A stretch of DNA of 64,000 nt from Pontiella sp. Its GTDB lineage: Bacteria > Verrucomicrobiota > Kiritimatiellia > Kiritimatiellales > Pontiellaceae. The notes beneath the pieces are model-generated. The model did not search any database and had not been told where the DNA came from. It worked only from the letters and a program-made list of their open reading frames with translations. The number at the start of each line of letters is the position of its first letter. Within the stretch, counting starts at the first letter, position 1. Location: positions 160,001-224,000 of the forward strand of contig JBNKHE010000007.1 in the NCBI GenBank assembly GCA_050290185.1, read 5' to 3'. Shown in pieces: positions 28,542 through 36,705 of the stretch. The position numbers were made by a program, and so were the translations under genes.

Positions 28542-28826
28542 ATGAAGAAAAAGTTTAGCATGCTGATGGTATTGGCCGTTCTTGCCCTGGTGATGGCGGC
28601 TATGCCGTCGTTCGCCCAGGACGCGGGTGCCGAGGCCGTTGCCAGTGCATCGGATGGCGGCCTCTTGGCGTGGTTGTCCCGGAACATGGGCGCGGTGTTC
28701 GGAATCGTAACGGCAACGCTCGGGGTTCTGGCGATGGTCTGCAAGCTGACACCATCGCCGAGGGACGACGCAATCGTCGCCAAAATCCTTGGCTGGCTCA
28801 ACATGTTGCCGGTGAAAAGGCAGTAG
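28542..28826 (+). CDS. Holin-like membrane protein
   Basis: GGAGG RBS; two hydrophobic segments; KLTPSPRDD motif common in small phage holin-like proteins. Confidence 0.65.
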   Translation: MKKKFSMLMVLAVLALVMAAMPSFAQDAGAEAVASASDGGLLAWLSRNMGAVFGIVTATLGVLAMVCKLTPSPRDDAIVAKILGWLNMLPVKRQ

Positions 28827-28827
28827 C

Positions 28828-29193
28828 ATGTTGAAGGCTGCTCTACTCGCATTGCAGGAGTGGCTGCACTGGCGGCGCGTCATGGCTGAGATCCAGGCGC
28901 GCCGCTTGGTTTTGACGGAGCTTGAGCGCGTCGAAAGGGAAATCGATGAAATCGAAGACGATATCGAAAAGCATCGCCGCAATGGCGATCATGCTGATGC
29001 TGACCGGTTGCTTCTCGCAATCTCGCGTAGAGCCTGTTTTGAGCGGGGGATACTTGACCTTGCGGAAGGGGCAGGTTTTCACCGCTCGGAAAGACTGCGT
29101 TTTGGTGGATCTGGAGATCGTGGAGCAGAAGGACGCGATAATCATCGATCTGATCCGGTCGCAACGGAAGCAGGAAGTGAAGCAGCTGGTTGA
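28828..29193 (+). CDS. Coiled-coil lysis-region protein (possible inner spanin)
   Basis: Starts 1 nt after the previous stop; charged coiled coil; overlapped by a lipoprotein ORF. Confidence 0.5.
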   Translation: MLKAALLALQEWLHWRRVMAEIQARRLVLTELERVEREIDEIEDDIEKHRRNGDHADADRLLLAISRRACFERGILDLAEGAGFHRSERLRFGGSGDRGAEGRDNHRSDPVATEAGSEAAG

Positions 29194-29197
29194 ATGA
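28982..29197 (+). CDS. Overlapping lipoprotein (possible outer spanin, Rz1-like)
   Basis: MAIMLMLTGC lipobox in the +1 frame within the previous gene; ATGA overlap with the next gene. Confidence 0.55.
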   Translation: MAIMLMLTGCFSQSRVEPVLSGGYLTLRKGQVFTARKDCVLVDLEIVEQKDAIIIDLIRSQRKQEVKQLVE

Positions 29198-29442
29198 AAG
29201 CAATTACACTGTTCATTTTAATGTCGATCACCGGATGTGCAACGCGCGTCACAACCTGCACATGGGGTCCGGATCCCGGGAAAAACATCCTCAAAAAAAC
29301 CACGGTAAGCCATTCATGGTGGCTTGGTTTGCCAGCAATTGCACCGATGGATTCATCCGTTAAAGACGGAGAGTTCCAAGTCGAAACAAGAGCAATGAAA
29401 GTCCCGGACGGATGGTTCGGCGTCTACCGGGATCAAAACTGA
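29194..29442 (+). CDS. Small lipoprotein
   Basis: MKAITLFILMSITGC lipobox. Confidence 0.7.
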   Translation: MKAITLFILMSITGCATRVTTCTWGPDPGKNILKKTTVSHSWWLGLPAIAPMDSSVKDGEFQVETRAMKVPDGWFGVYRDQN

Positions 29443-29472
29443 TTTAGCTGGGCTCCTCCTCTCTCCCGGCGG

Positions 29473-29502
29473 CCTCCCTTGCTTCGGCGAGGGAGGTTTT
29501 TT
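29473..29502 (+). terminator. Rho-independent terminator ending phage late transcription
   Basis: cctcccttgc-ttcg-gcgagggagg followed by TTTTTT. Confidence 0.88.
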
Positions 29503-29513
29503 ATTTCTCAGCA

Positions 29514-29616
29514 TTGTATATAAACGAAATATAAACGGATATATATTGAATATACGAAATACAGCGCAAAAACACCATAAAACAGCGTTTTTGATCCGAT
29601 TGTTTTAGGGTAAGAG
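29514..29616. other. Putative attR: AT-rich phage arm plus crossover region
   Basis: Very AT-rich; ATATAAACG twice with 11-bp period (29518, 29529); ACGAAATA at 29524 and 29554; abuts the rnpB fragment. Confidence 0.65.
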
Positions 29617-29783
29617 CCCACCGCCCCAAGGGTAACCGAGGGGGCAGGGTAAACCCCGTCCGGAGCAAGATCAAATAGGGAATCGAGGAACGGCCCGTTC
29701 CGCAGGGGTTCCGGGTTGATCGCACTAGATAAATGATCGACTCCGCAAGGAGAACAGAATCCGGCTTACCGCCCTGACTGCTT
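29608..29783 (+). ncRNA. rnpB: RNase P RNA (type A), 3' half only; 5' half absent
   Basis: Conserved blocks in order: GGTAAGAGCCCACC (L14/P14), GGTAAACCCC...GGAGCAAG, CAAATAGG, CGGCCCG, CCGGGT, CTAGATAAATGAT and ACAGAATCCGGCTTA. No upstream GAGGAAAGTCC block. Confidence 0.93.
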
Positions 29784-30449
29784 TTATCCTTTTGGCAGCT
29801 TTTTTTGCTGGATCACTTCAAAGGCCAACCGCTCCAGAGCTTTGCCGTTGGGTAGATCCAGCTTGTTCTTGATATTGATGCGGTGGGTGTCGACCGTATT
29901 GCGGCTGATGTTGAGTTTTTCCCCGATGGTTATCGAGTCGTGACCTTCTCCCAACAGCTTGAAGATATCCATTTCGCGGTTGGACAGCGTGTCGAGCAGC
30001 GAATGTTTTCCCGACGTGCGACCGTTCATTTTCTTTTCGATCCGTTCCTGGATGTCGGGATGAAAGCAGAGGTTGCCGGCGAGTACGGAGCGGATGGCCT
30101 GCTTGAGCTCGGCGGGCGGCGTGGTCTTCATGACATAGCCGGTCGCCCCGGCCATTGCCGTCCGTTCCGCGAACAGACGCTCTTCGGACATCGTGTAGAC
30201 CAGCATTTTAAGTTTTGGGTAGGTGGTATGGATGCGCTGGATCAGATAAGTCCCGTCCGAGTCGCCCAGGGATAGATCAATGAGGGCCAGATCCGGCACA
30301 TCCGACTCGAGCAGCTCCATGGCTTCATTGGCCGAAAAGGCCATTCCAAGAATTTCCATATCGGGTTCGTTGGATAAGAGAATTTTCAACCCGTCATGAA
30401 TGATAGGATGATCGTCGATGACCATAACCGAATGCTTGTTGTTGTTCAT
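29784..30449 (-). CDS. NarL/LuxR family response regulator
   Basis: Receiver IDDHP...DLSL...GYVMK plus LSNREMDI...TVDTHR HTH. Confidence 0.93.
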   Translation of the reverse strand: MNNNKHSVMVIDDHPIIHDGLKILLSNEPDMEILGMAFSANEAMELLESDVPDLALIDLSLGDSDGTYLIQRIHTTYPKLKMLVYTMSEERLFAERTAMAGATGYVMKTTPPAELKQAIRSVLAGNLCFHPDIQERIEKKMNGRTSGKHSLLDTLSNREMDIFKLLGEGHDSITIGEKLNISRNTVDTHRINIKNKLDLPNGKALERLAFEVIQQKKLPKG

Positions 30450-30544
30450 AATACCCCTATCTGAACTTCAATATTCAAGAATTTATTCTTTTTGGGAGGG
30501 GAAATGAAGAGATTTCTTGCGGAAACAAAGAGAAGCGACTGGTT

Positions 30545-31561
30545 TTACTTTGAGCAACAGCCGGATTTTTCCCGCTCGGGAAGCAGTCCTTTCACCAGGA
30601 TGGCCACAAGTATGGCGACCCATAGGATTTGCAGGGGTCCATGGCATTCGCCCGCATGGCAAACCTGATCCATCACACCCAGCCTGGGGGTGAAAAAATT
30701 CATGGCAAAGCCAGCGGCCAGAGCGCACAACGACAATGTTGCGAGAAAGACGGCAAGTTGCTTGCGGCCAATGATCTGCCATAGCGTTGTCAGTGTTGCG
30801 GCGTTGGTTGCCGGGCCGGTTATGAGGAATACAAGCGCGGCTCCCGGTGATATGCCTGCCTTAATGAAGGCCAGTGCAATCGGAACGGATGCTGAGGAAC
30901 AGACGTAAAGCGGGATGCCGATGCCGAGCATGAGCAGCATGGCAATCGGCGAATTACCAATGGTGTTGGTGAAAAAATTATCAGGAATGAGTCCGCTGAG
31001 GATTCCCGAAAGAATGATACCGATCACCACGGGCTTGGCAATGTCCCGCGGGAGGGAGATGAATCCGTAACTCAACATGCGCTGAATCATGGGCTTTTGA
31101 TTAGGCTGGCAGCATTCTTCCTGGCACTCTTCAGTTGCTTCCTCCTCATTCGGCGATGCGGCAGTAACCGCTATGCCGCAAATGATGCCGGATAGAAACG
31201 CCACGGCTGCCCGGAAAATGGCGAATACCCATCCAAGCAGGGCATAAGTGATCATCAGACTATCGATCCCCGTCTGGGGGGTAGATGCCAGAAAGGAGGC
31301 GGTTGCGCCGCGGCTGGCACCGTGTTTGCGTAGCGAGGCCGCCAGCGGGATAACGCCGCAGGAGCAGATGGGCATAGGTACGCCAACAAGCGCGGCCTTG
31401 AACGATCCCATCCATCCTCCTCCACCAAGGTGCCTGCGGACGTAGTCCTTGGATATGAGTACGGAAAGCACGCCCGCCATCAGAAAGCCAAACAGGAGGT
31501 AGGGCGCCATGGCCAGCGTGACGCTCCAGATTTCATTCAGGACTTTTAACAGGACGTTCAT
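30545..31561 (-). CDS. Permease, SO_0444/DUF318 family (putative metal transporter)
   Basis: PICSCGVIP, STPQTG and PLYVCSSASVP motifs; multiple TM segments. Confidence 0.85.
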   Translation of the reverse strand: MNVLLKVLNEIWSVTLAMAPYLLFGFLMAGVLSVLISKDYVRRHLGGGGWMGSFKAALVGVPMPICSCGVIPLAASLRKHGASRGATASFLASTPQTGIDSLMITYALLGWVFAIFRAAVAFLSGIICGIAVTAASPNEEEATEECQEECCQPNQKPMIQRMLSYGFISLPRDIAKPVVIGIILSGILSGLIPDNFFTNTIGNSPIAMLLMLGIGIPLYVCSSASVPIALAFIKAGISPGAALVFLITGPATNAATLTTLWQIIGRKQLAVFLATLSLCALAAGFAMNFFTPRLGVMDQVCHAGECHGPLQILWVAILVAILVKGLLPEREKSGCCSK

Positions 31562-31623
31562 GAGCAAGGATAGTCTCGATTGGATTAGATGGGCTCAAGG
31601 ATTATTACGTTGAAATAGTTTTA

Positions 31624-32280
31624 TCAGCCGATGTGAACCGGTTTGCCGAGATACACGGGTTTGCGGTGGATAATATAGAGGTCGAGTATGGTTTTTACCC
31701 GCGCCAGCTGTTCCCGCAGCTGGGTGCGAAACCCGGCTCGGCTCGATACATCCGCAGCGCAATATCCAATGGCGTCAATCTGCTTTCGTTTTGCAATGAA
31801 TAGCGCTCGTTGTACATGGAATTGCTGTGAAATTATGGTGATCTGATCCTGACCAAACACCTTTCGGGCGCGCACTACAGAATCCATCGTACTGAATCCG
31901 GCATAATCGCAGATGATTTTTTCGGGAGGAATCCCAAGTTTCACCAGCGCGGCTTTCATGGCGCCGGCTTCATCATAGGTGGAAATATGGTTGTCTCCGC
32001 TGACCAGCAGATAGTCGACCTTACCCGCGTTGTACAGCTGGTATGCTGCGTGGATGCGATGCAGAAAGTAGAAGTTGAAGTATCCTCCGGCCAGGTGGCT
32101 GGAGCAACCCAGCACCAGGCCAACCTGGCGTTTTGGAATCGCGGACGACGAAGTATACACACGCTTCTCGGTGTCGAGCTGTATCCAGAATCGGGCCAGA
32201 GCGATCATCGCGAGTATAATGGCAACGCTTGCGAGCAACCATCTCATCAATGTTCTTTGTCTAATCCATCGGCTAAGCAT
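31624..32280 (-). CDS. sanA: SanA/ElyC/YdcF family protein
   Basis: LVLG, LLVSGDN, DYAGFST.DS and SQQFH motifs. Confidence 0.88.
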   Translation of the reverse strand: MLSRWIRQRTLMRWLLASVAIILAMIALARFWIQLDTEKRVYTSSSAIPKRQVGLVLGCSSHLAGGYFNFYFLHRIHAAYQLYNAGKVDYLLVSGDNHISTYDEAGAMKAALVKLGIPPEKIICDYAGFSTMDSVVRARKVFGQDQITIISQQFHVQRALFIAKRKQIDAIGYCAADVSSRAGFRTQLREQLARVKTILDLYIIHRKPVYLGKPVHIG

Positions 32281-32356
32281 TTTTGCATGCTAATGGATTC
32301 TGCGTGAAAATGAAGTTGTTTTGATAATTCGGTATTCATCTGTATATTACTCGGTC

Positions 32357-33835
32357 ATGCAGCATTCCAAAACCATCAAGGATAAGCTGAAGGCCCTGCC
32401 GGATGAGCCGGGATGCTACCTCATGCGCGACCGCGACGGGAAAATTATCTATGTCGGCAAGGCGGCCTCACTGCGCAAGCGCGTACAAAGTTATTTCCGC
32501 GAGCACACCCGGCGCACGGCTCAGCCCAAGATCCGCAGTCTGATCAGCTCCATCGCCGATTTTGATATTATCGTGTTGAAAAGCGAGGCCGAGGCCGTTC
32601 TGACGGAAGGCAAGCTGATCAAGGAATACCGTCCGCACTACAACACGCTTTGGAAGGACGACAAACGCTTCGTGATGGTTCGGGTGGATGTGCAGCATCC
32701 TTTTCCTAAGATTGAAAAATGCCGGATCAAGAAGGATGACGGTGCGCAATATTTTGGTCCGTATACCTCCGGCCTGGCAGTCAAGGTGGCCATTGAGTTT
32801 CTGGAGCGGAATTTCGGGATACGGCGTTGCCGGCCCCGGGTGCCGGATGAAGACACCTACAAGCACTGCAGCAACGATATCATTGCCAACTGTTCCGCAC
32901 CTTGTATCGGGAAGGTGAGCCGGGAGGAATACCGTACCCGTGTGGCGGAGGCTTGTGCATTTCTTCGCGGGGAGCGAATGGAGCTGTTGAAGAACCTGCG
33001 CGCGGAGATGGAGAAAGCCGCGGAAGAGCTCCGTTTCGAGGATGCCGCCGCTCTGCGCGATATGCTGTTGCACCTTCACAATGCCGTAAAGGAACGGGCC
33101 AAGGTCCGCAAAACGCCTAAAATGAAACAGGATGAAGCGCGGCAGGGTTTGCGGGAACTGCAGAAACAATTGAAGCTACCGGCAGAGCCGCGCGTCATCG
33201 AATGTTTCGATATCTCCAACATTTCGGGAACCAACTCGGTCGCCAGTATGGTCTGTGCAGTGGATGGCGTACCGTATCCCAACCGCTACCGCCGTTTCCG
33301 GATCAAAACGGTTGAGGGGGCAGATGATCCTCGGTCAATGGCTGAAGTCGTGCGGCGTCGCTACACGCGGTTGCTGCGCGAAAAAAAGGCATTGCCCGGG
33401 CTGGTGATGGTAGACGGCGGTATTACGCAGCTACGTGCGGCCAAGGCAGAGTTGATGGAGCTCGGCCTTGATCATCTACCCATCGTAGGTTTGGCCAAGC
33501 GCTATGAGGAGATCGTCTGGGATCATGAAAGCAATGCAGGGAATCTGCTGTTGCCGCGGCATTCCGCCGGATTGACGGTGGTCACGCGTTTGCGGGATGA
33601 AGCGCACCGGTTTGCCATATCCTACCACCGCGAACTGCGCCGCCAGCGTATTATGGAGTCGCGCCTTGACGAGATTCCCGGGATCGGTGCTTCAAAAAAG
33701 GACACCCTCTTGAAACACTTTGGCTCCATTGCACGTCTGAACCGCGCAACGATCGACGAGATTGCCGAGGCTCCCGGCATCGGGGTAAAAACGGCGGAAT
33801 TGATCAGAGGTGAGCTCGATAAAAAAGGATCATGA
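32357..33835 (+). CDS. uvrC: Excinuclease ABC subunit C
   Basis: GIY-YIG start (PGCYLM...IYVGKA), ECFDISN, DGG, RDEAHRFA and HhH motifs. Confidence 0.96.
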   Translation: MQHSKTIKDKLKALPDEPGCYLMRDRDGKIIYVGKAASLRKRVQSYFREHTRRTAQPKIRSLISSIADFDIIVLKSEAEAVLTEGKLIKEYRPHYNTLWKDDKRFVMVRVDVQHPFPKIEKCRIKKDDGAQYFGPYTSGLAVKVAIEFLERNFGIRRCRPRVPDEDTYKHCSNDIIANCSAPCIGKVSREEYRTRVAEACAFLRGERMELLKNLRAEMEKAAEELRFEDAAALRDMLLHLHNAVKERAKVRKTPKMKQDEARQGLRELQKQLKLPAEPRVIECFDISNISGTNSVASMVCAVDGVPYPNRYRRFRIKTVEGADDPRSMAEVVRRRYTRLLREKKALPGLVMVDGGITQLRAAKAELMELGLDHLPIVGLAKRYEEIVWDHESNAGNLLLPRHSAGLTVVTRLRDEAHRFAISYHRELRRQRIMESRLDEIPGIGASKKDTLLKHFGSIARLNRATIDEIAEAPGIGVKTAELIRGELDKKGS

Positions 33836-35031
33836 ATATGCAAGTACCGACCAAGCGATTTGGACGAACGGAAATACAGATGCCCGTGCTAACGTGCGGC
33901 GGCATGCGCTATCAGCAGGGATGGGATGATCTCGATCCTGGAAAAATCGACCCGAAGGGACAGGAAAATCTGGAAGCATGCATCCATCATGCACTCGGGC
34001 ACGGCATTAACCACATCGAAACGGCTCGCGGCTATGGTCCCTCGGAGATGCAGCTGGGTTGGGTGCTTCCAAAAATCGATCGCGACACGTTGTTCGTTCA
34101 AACCAAGATCGGTGTAAAGGAAACGGCCAGGGAGTTTCTGGATGCCTTTGAGACGTCGATTAAATATCTGCAACTTGAATATGTGGATTTTCTGTCGATT
34201 CATGGAATAAATCTTCCTGAACACATCGATACGTGTCTGAAGAAAGGCGGGTGCCTGGATGCCATCCGCCAGCTTCAGAAAGAGGGGCGGGTGCGCTTCT
34301 GCGGTTTTTCCACCCATGCAGGGCCCGAAACGGTCGTGCCGGCCTGTGAGACGGGTGAGTTCGACTACGTGAATCTCCATTGGTATTACATCTATAACCA
34401 ACTCCATTGGCCGATGGTCGAAACAGCGGCGAAACAGGACCTGGGGGTGTTTATTATCAGTCCGAATGACAAAGGCGGCATGCTGTATCATCCGACGGAT
34501 AAAATGTCTAAGTTGTGTGCTCCGCTCACCCCGATGCAGTGGAACGACCTTTACTGTCTCGCACGCCCGCAAGTCCACACGCTCAGTATCGGTGCGGATA
34601 AACCCTCCGATTTCGACGAACATATCGAGGCTGTAACGCAGTACTGGGACAACCGCACCGAGCTGGCGGACCGCATTGAACGGCGCATCAATCAATCAAT
34701 CGAAAGTGATCTGGGTCTGGAATGGGTTGGCCACTGGCACGTTGGCCTGCCGCACTATCCCGAAACCCCGGGCAATATTAATGTACGGGAGATTGTGCGC
34801 CTATGGACGTTCTTCCAAGGGCTCGACCTGCTCGAATTCGCGAAAATGCGCTATAACCTGCTCGGCAATGCCGATCACTGGTTTCCGGGGAACCAGGCCG
34901 CCAAGGTTGACTCGCATGACTGGTCCTGCCTCTCCGGTAGTCCCTTCGCCGACCGCATCCCCTCTATCCTGAAAGAAGCCCATGAACTTTTTCATGTCGA
35001 CAAGGAAGCCAAGCGCCTAAGCGAATCGTAG
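33832..35031 (+). CDS. Aldo/keto reductase family protein
   Basis: RFGRT...GGMR...HIETARGYG.SE...GFSTH motifs. Confidence 0.9.
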   Translation: MNMQVPTKRFGRTEIQMPVLTCGGMRYQQGWDDLDPGKIDPKGQENLEACIHHALGHGINHIETARGYGPSEMQLGWVLPKIDRDTLFVQTKIGVKETAREFLDAFETSIKYLQLEYVDFLSIHGINLPEHIDTCLKKGGCLDAIRQLQKEGRVRFCGFSTHAGPETVVPACETGEFDYVNLHWYYIYNQLHWPMVETAAKQDLGVFIISPNDKGGMLYHPTDKMSKLCAPLTPMQWNDLYCLARPQVHTLSIGADKPSDFDEHIEAVTQYWDNRTELADRIERRINQSIESDLGLEWVGHWHVGLPHYPETPGNINVREIVRLWTFFQGLDLLEFAKMRYNLLGNADHWFPGNQAAKVDSHDWSCLSGSPFADRIPSILKEAHELFHVDKEAKRLSES

Positions 35032-35035
35032 GCAT

Positions 35036-35071
35036 AAAAAAGCCTCGTTTCCATTCCGAAACGAGGCTTTT
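35036..35071. terminator. Bidirectional terminator
   Basis: aaaagcctcgttt / aaacgaggctttt stem between convergent genes. Confidence 0.85.
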
Positions 35072-35075
35072 AAAA

Positions 35076-35160
35076 TGGTGGTGGGGGATGGATTCGAACC
35101 ATCGAACTCGTAGAGGGCAGATTTACAGTCTGCTGCGTTTGACCGCTTCGCTACCCCACC
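35076..35160 (-). tRNA. tRNA-Tyr (GTA)
   Basis: Reverse complement GGTGGGGTAGCGAAGCGG...GCAGACTGTAAATCTGC...GGTTCGAATCC...CCACCACCA; long variable arm; encoded CCA. Confidence 0.97.
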
Positions 35161-35249
35161 GTTTCCGATAAAGGAGCGACTAAGGTACCGAAATATTTTG
35201 GTTTGTCTACTATCAATTTCCGCAAAAAACCGATTTATTGGATTTCAGC

Positions 35250-36185
35250 ATGAACATATCTAATACACACATCATCTGTTGCGGTTTTACGCCCTGTATC
35301 CAGCGCATTCTAGAATTTAAGCGAGTGGAAAAGGGGGAGGTGAACCGGGCGGGCAAGGTGACGCTTGGCATTGGCGGCAAAGGGGCGAATACGGCTCGCA
35401 TGATCAGGCAACTCGGTCATGATACTCTACTGGTGGGGTTTGCCGGGGGTGCCAATGGGCATCTGCTGGAACAGATGCTCACTGCCGAAGGTGTCGCATT
35501 CCAACACGTGGAGGTCGAGGGGGAAACGCGGATCTGTCAGACGTTGGTGGAGTCAGGCCATCCGGATACGACCGAACTGGTCGAGGAGATGCCCGCGATT
35601 ACCGCGGAAGATTGGGCGGGTATGCTCGAGCTATTTGGGTCCATGGAACTTCACGACCCGATCGTTTGCATATCAGGAAAGCTGCCCGCCGGTGCGCCTG
35701 TTGATGCCTACGGGCAGATTGCCGCTATGATAGGGGAGCAGGATGGACGGGTGATTATTGATGCGCCCGGCGATCCCTTGCTCTGTGCGTTGGAGCACAA
35801 GCCCTTTATGGTCAAGATCAATGATGTTGAGCTGATGCAGACCATTGGTGGCGAGGATTTGATCGATGCCTGTCGGAAGATTATCGGGAAGGGGGCATGG
35901 TCGGTTCTGGTGACCCGCGGAGCACGTACGGCATTCTATGTGGACGGGCTGCAGACGCTGGAAATCACGCCGCCAAAGATTATGGCCATCAATCCAGTAG
36001 GCAGTGGCGATGCCGTGACCGCCGGGATTGCGGTGGCTCTGGCCGATGGGTATGTCATGTCGGAGGCTCTTGTTCATGGCATGGCCTGTGGTGCGGCCAA
36101 TGCCCTTAACCTGGTTTCAGGAATGCTGGTCCCAGCCGATGTGGAACGTCTTTCCGCTGAAGTCCAAATCCAAATAGTGAAGTAA
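35250..36185 (+). CDS. 1-phosphofructokinase / tagatose-6-phosphate kinase family (PfkB)
   Basis: GGKGAN, GETR, VKIN..E and NPVGSGD motifs. Confidence 0.9.
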   Translation: MNISNTHIICCGFTPCIQRILEFKRVEKGEVNRAGKVTLGIGGKGANTARMIRQLGHDTLLVGFAGGANGHLLEQMLTAEGVAFQHVEVEGETRICQTLVESGHPDTTELVEEMPAITAEDWAGMLELFGSMELHDPIVCISGKLPAGAPVDAYGQIAAMIGEQDGRVIIDAPGDPLLCALEHKPFMVKINDVELMQTIGGEDLIDACRKIIGKGAWSVLVTRGARTAFYVDGLQTLEITPPKIMAINPVGSGDAVTAGIAVALADGYVMSEALVHGMACGAANALNLVSGMLVPADVERLSAEVQIQIVK

Positions 36186-36231
36186 AATATTACGACCCGG
36201 GTGATGGATCTTCGCTCAGGAGTACTTCATG

Positions 36232-36705
36232 TTATTGCAGATCGTCGGGGAACAGATCCCCCAGTTTTGGTTCCCGTCCGGGCGGAGTTCGCTTTGCGGT
36301 AGATCTGCGGGCATCCTGATCACACTGATTGATGAACTCCTGCGAGGACATAACCTGTGCGCCGGCGCTGGATACGGTCGCATGTTCGGCATGGTCGGAA
36401 GTAACAACCAGGATCTTTTCCGGTCGATCAAACCTGGAAACTAATCGTTCGATGATGGTATCGGCAGACAAGTTGCCCGGAGAAAAGAAGACTTCCAGAT
36501 GCGGCGAGGTGAGCGCGTCGTCATTGCCGGCTTCGCGGCCATCGAAGACTATGGTCGTTTGCGGCGCCAGCCGGTGGGCTGTGTTCCCGATCATCCGAAC
36601 CAGTCTATGTCGGGCGGCCATCAGGTCGGTGCGTAGCAGTTCCGCCAGATCATCGACTTGGTGCAGTACATTATAACCGTCGACTATGAGCCATTCGGTC
36701 TGCAT
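36232..36705 (-). CDS. NYN domain protein (YacP/Rae1-like)
   Basis: LIVDGYN, IVFDG, SAD..I and VVTSD motifs. Confidence 0.9.
   Translation of the reverse strand: MQTEWLIVDGYNVLHQVDDLAELLRTDLMAARHRLVRMIGNTAHRLAPQTTIVFDGREAGNDDALTSPHLEVFFSPGNLSADTIIERLVSRFDRPEKILVVTSDHAEHATVSSAGAQVMSSQEFINQCDQDARRSTAKRTPPGREPKLGDLFPDDLQ

Larger units (their letters stand above)
1..29616 (+). mobile_element. Prophage, right portion (lambda-like siphovirus organisation); left end beyond window
   Basis: Co-oriented, tightly overlapping run of phage genes (terminase, portal, protease, capsid, tail tube, tape measure, tail tip, holin-like genes). It ends in a terminator, an AT-rich arm and a truncated rnpB, after which housekeeping genes resume. 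Confidence 0.95.

Noticed and set aside
29501..29725. 74-aa minus-strand ORF across the phage/host junction
   Set aside because: Antisense to the rnpB fragment and att arm; a spurious translation of structured RNA sequence.
29608..29783. Complete, intact rnpB gene
   Set aside because: Only ~175 nt are present; upstream sequence is AT-rich arm and phage terminator, with none of the 5' conserved blocks.
35076..35160. tRNA-Tyr as the prophage attachment site
   Set aside because: It is full length, 5.5 kb from the last phage gene and separated from it by housekeeping genes; no partial duplicate was seen.
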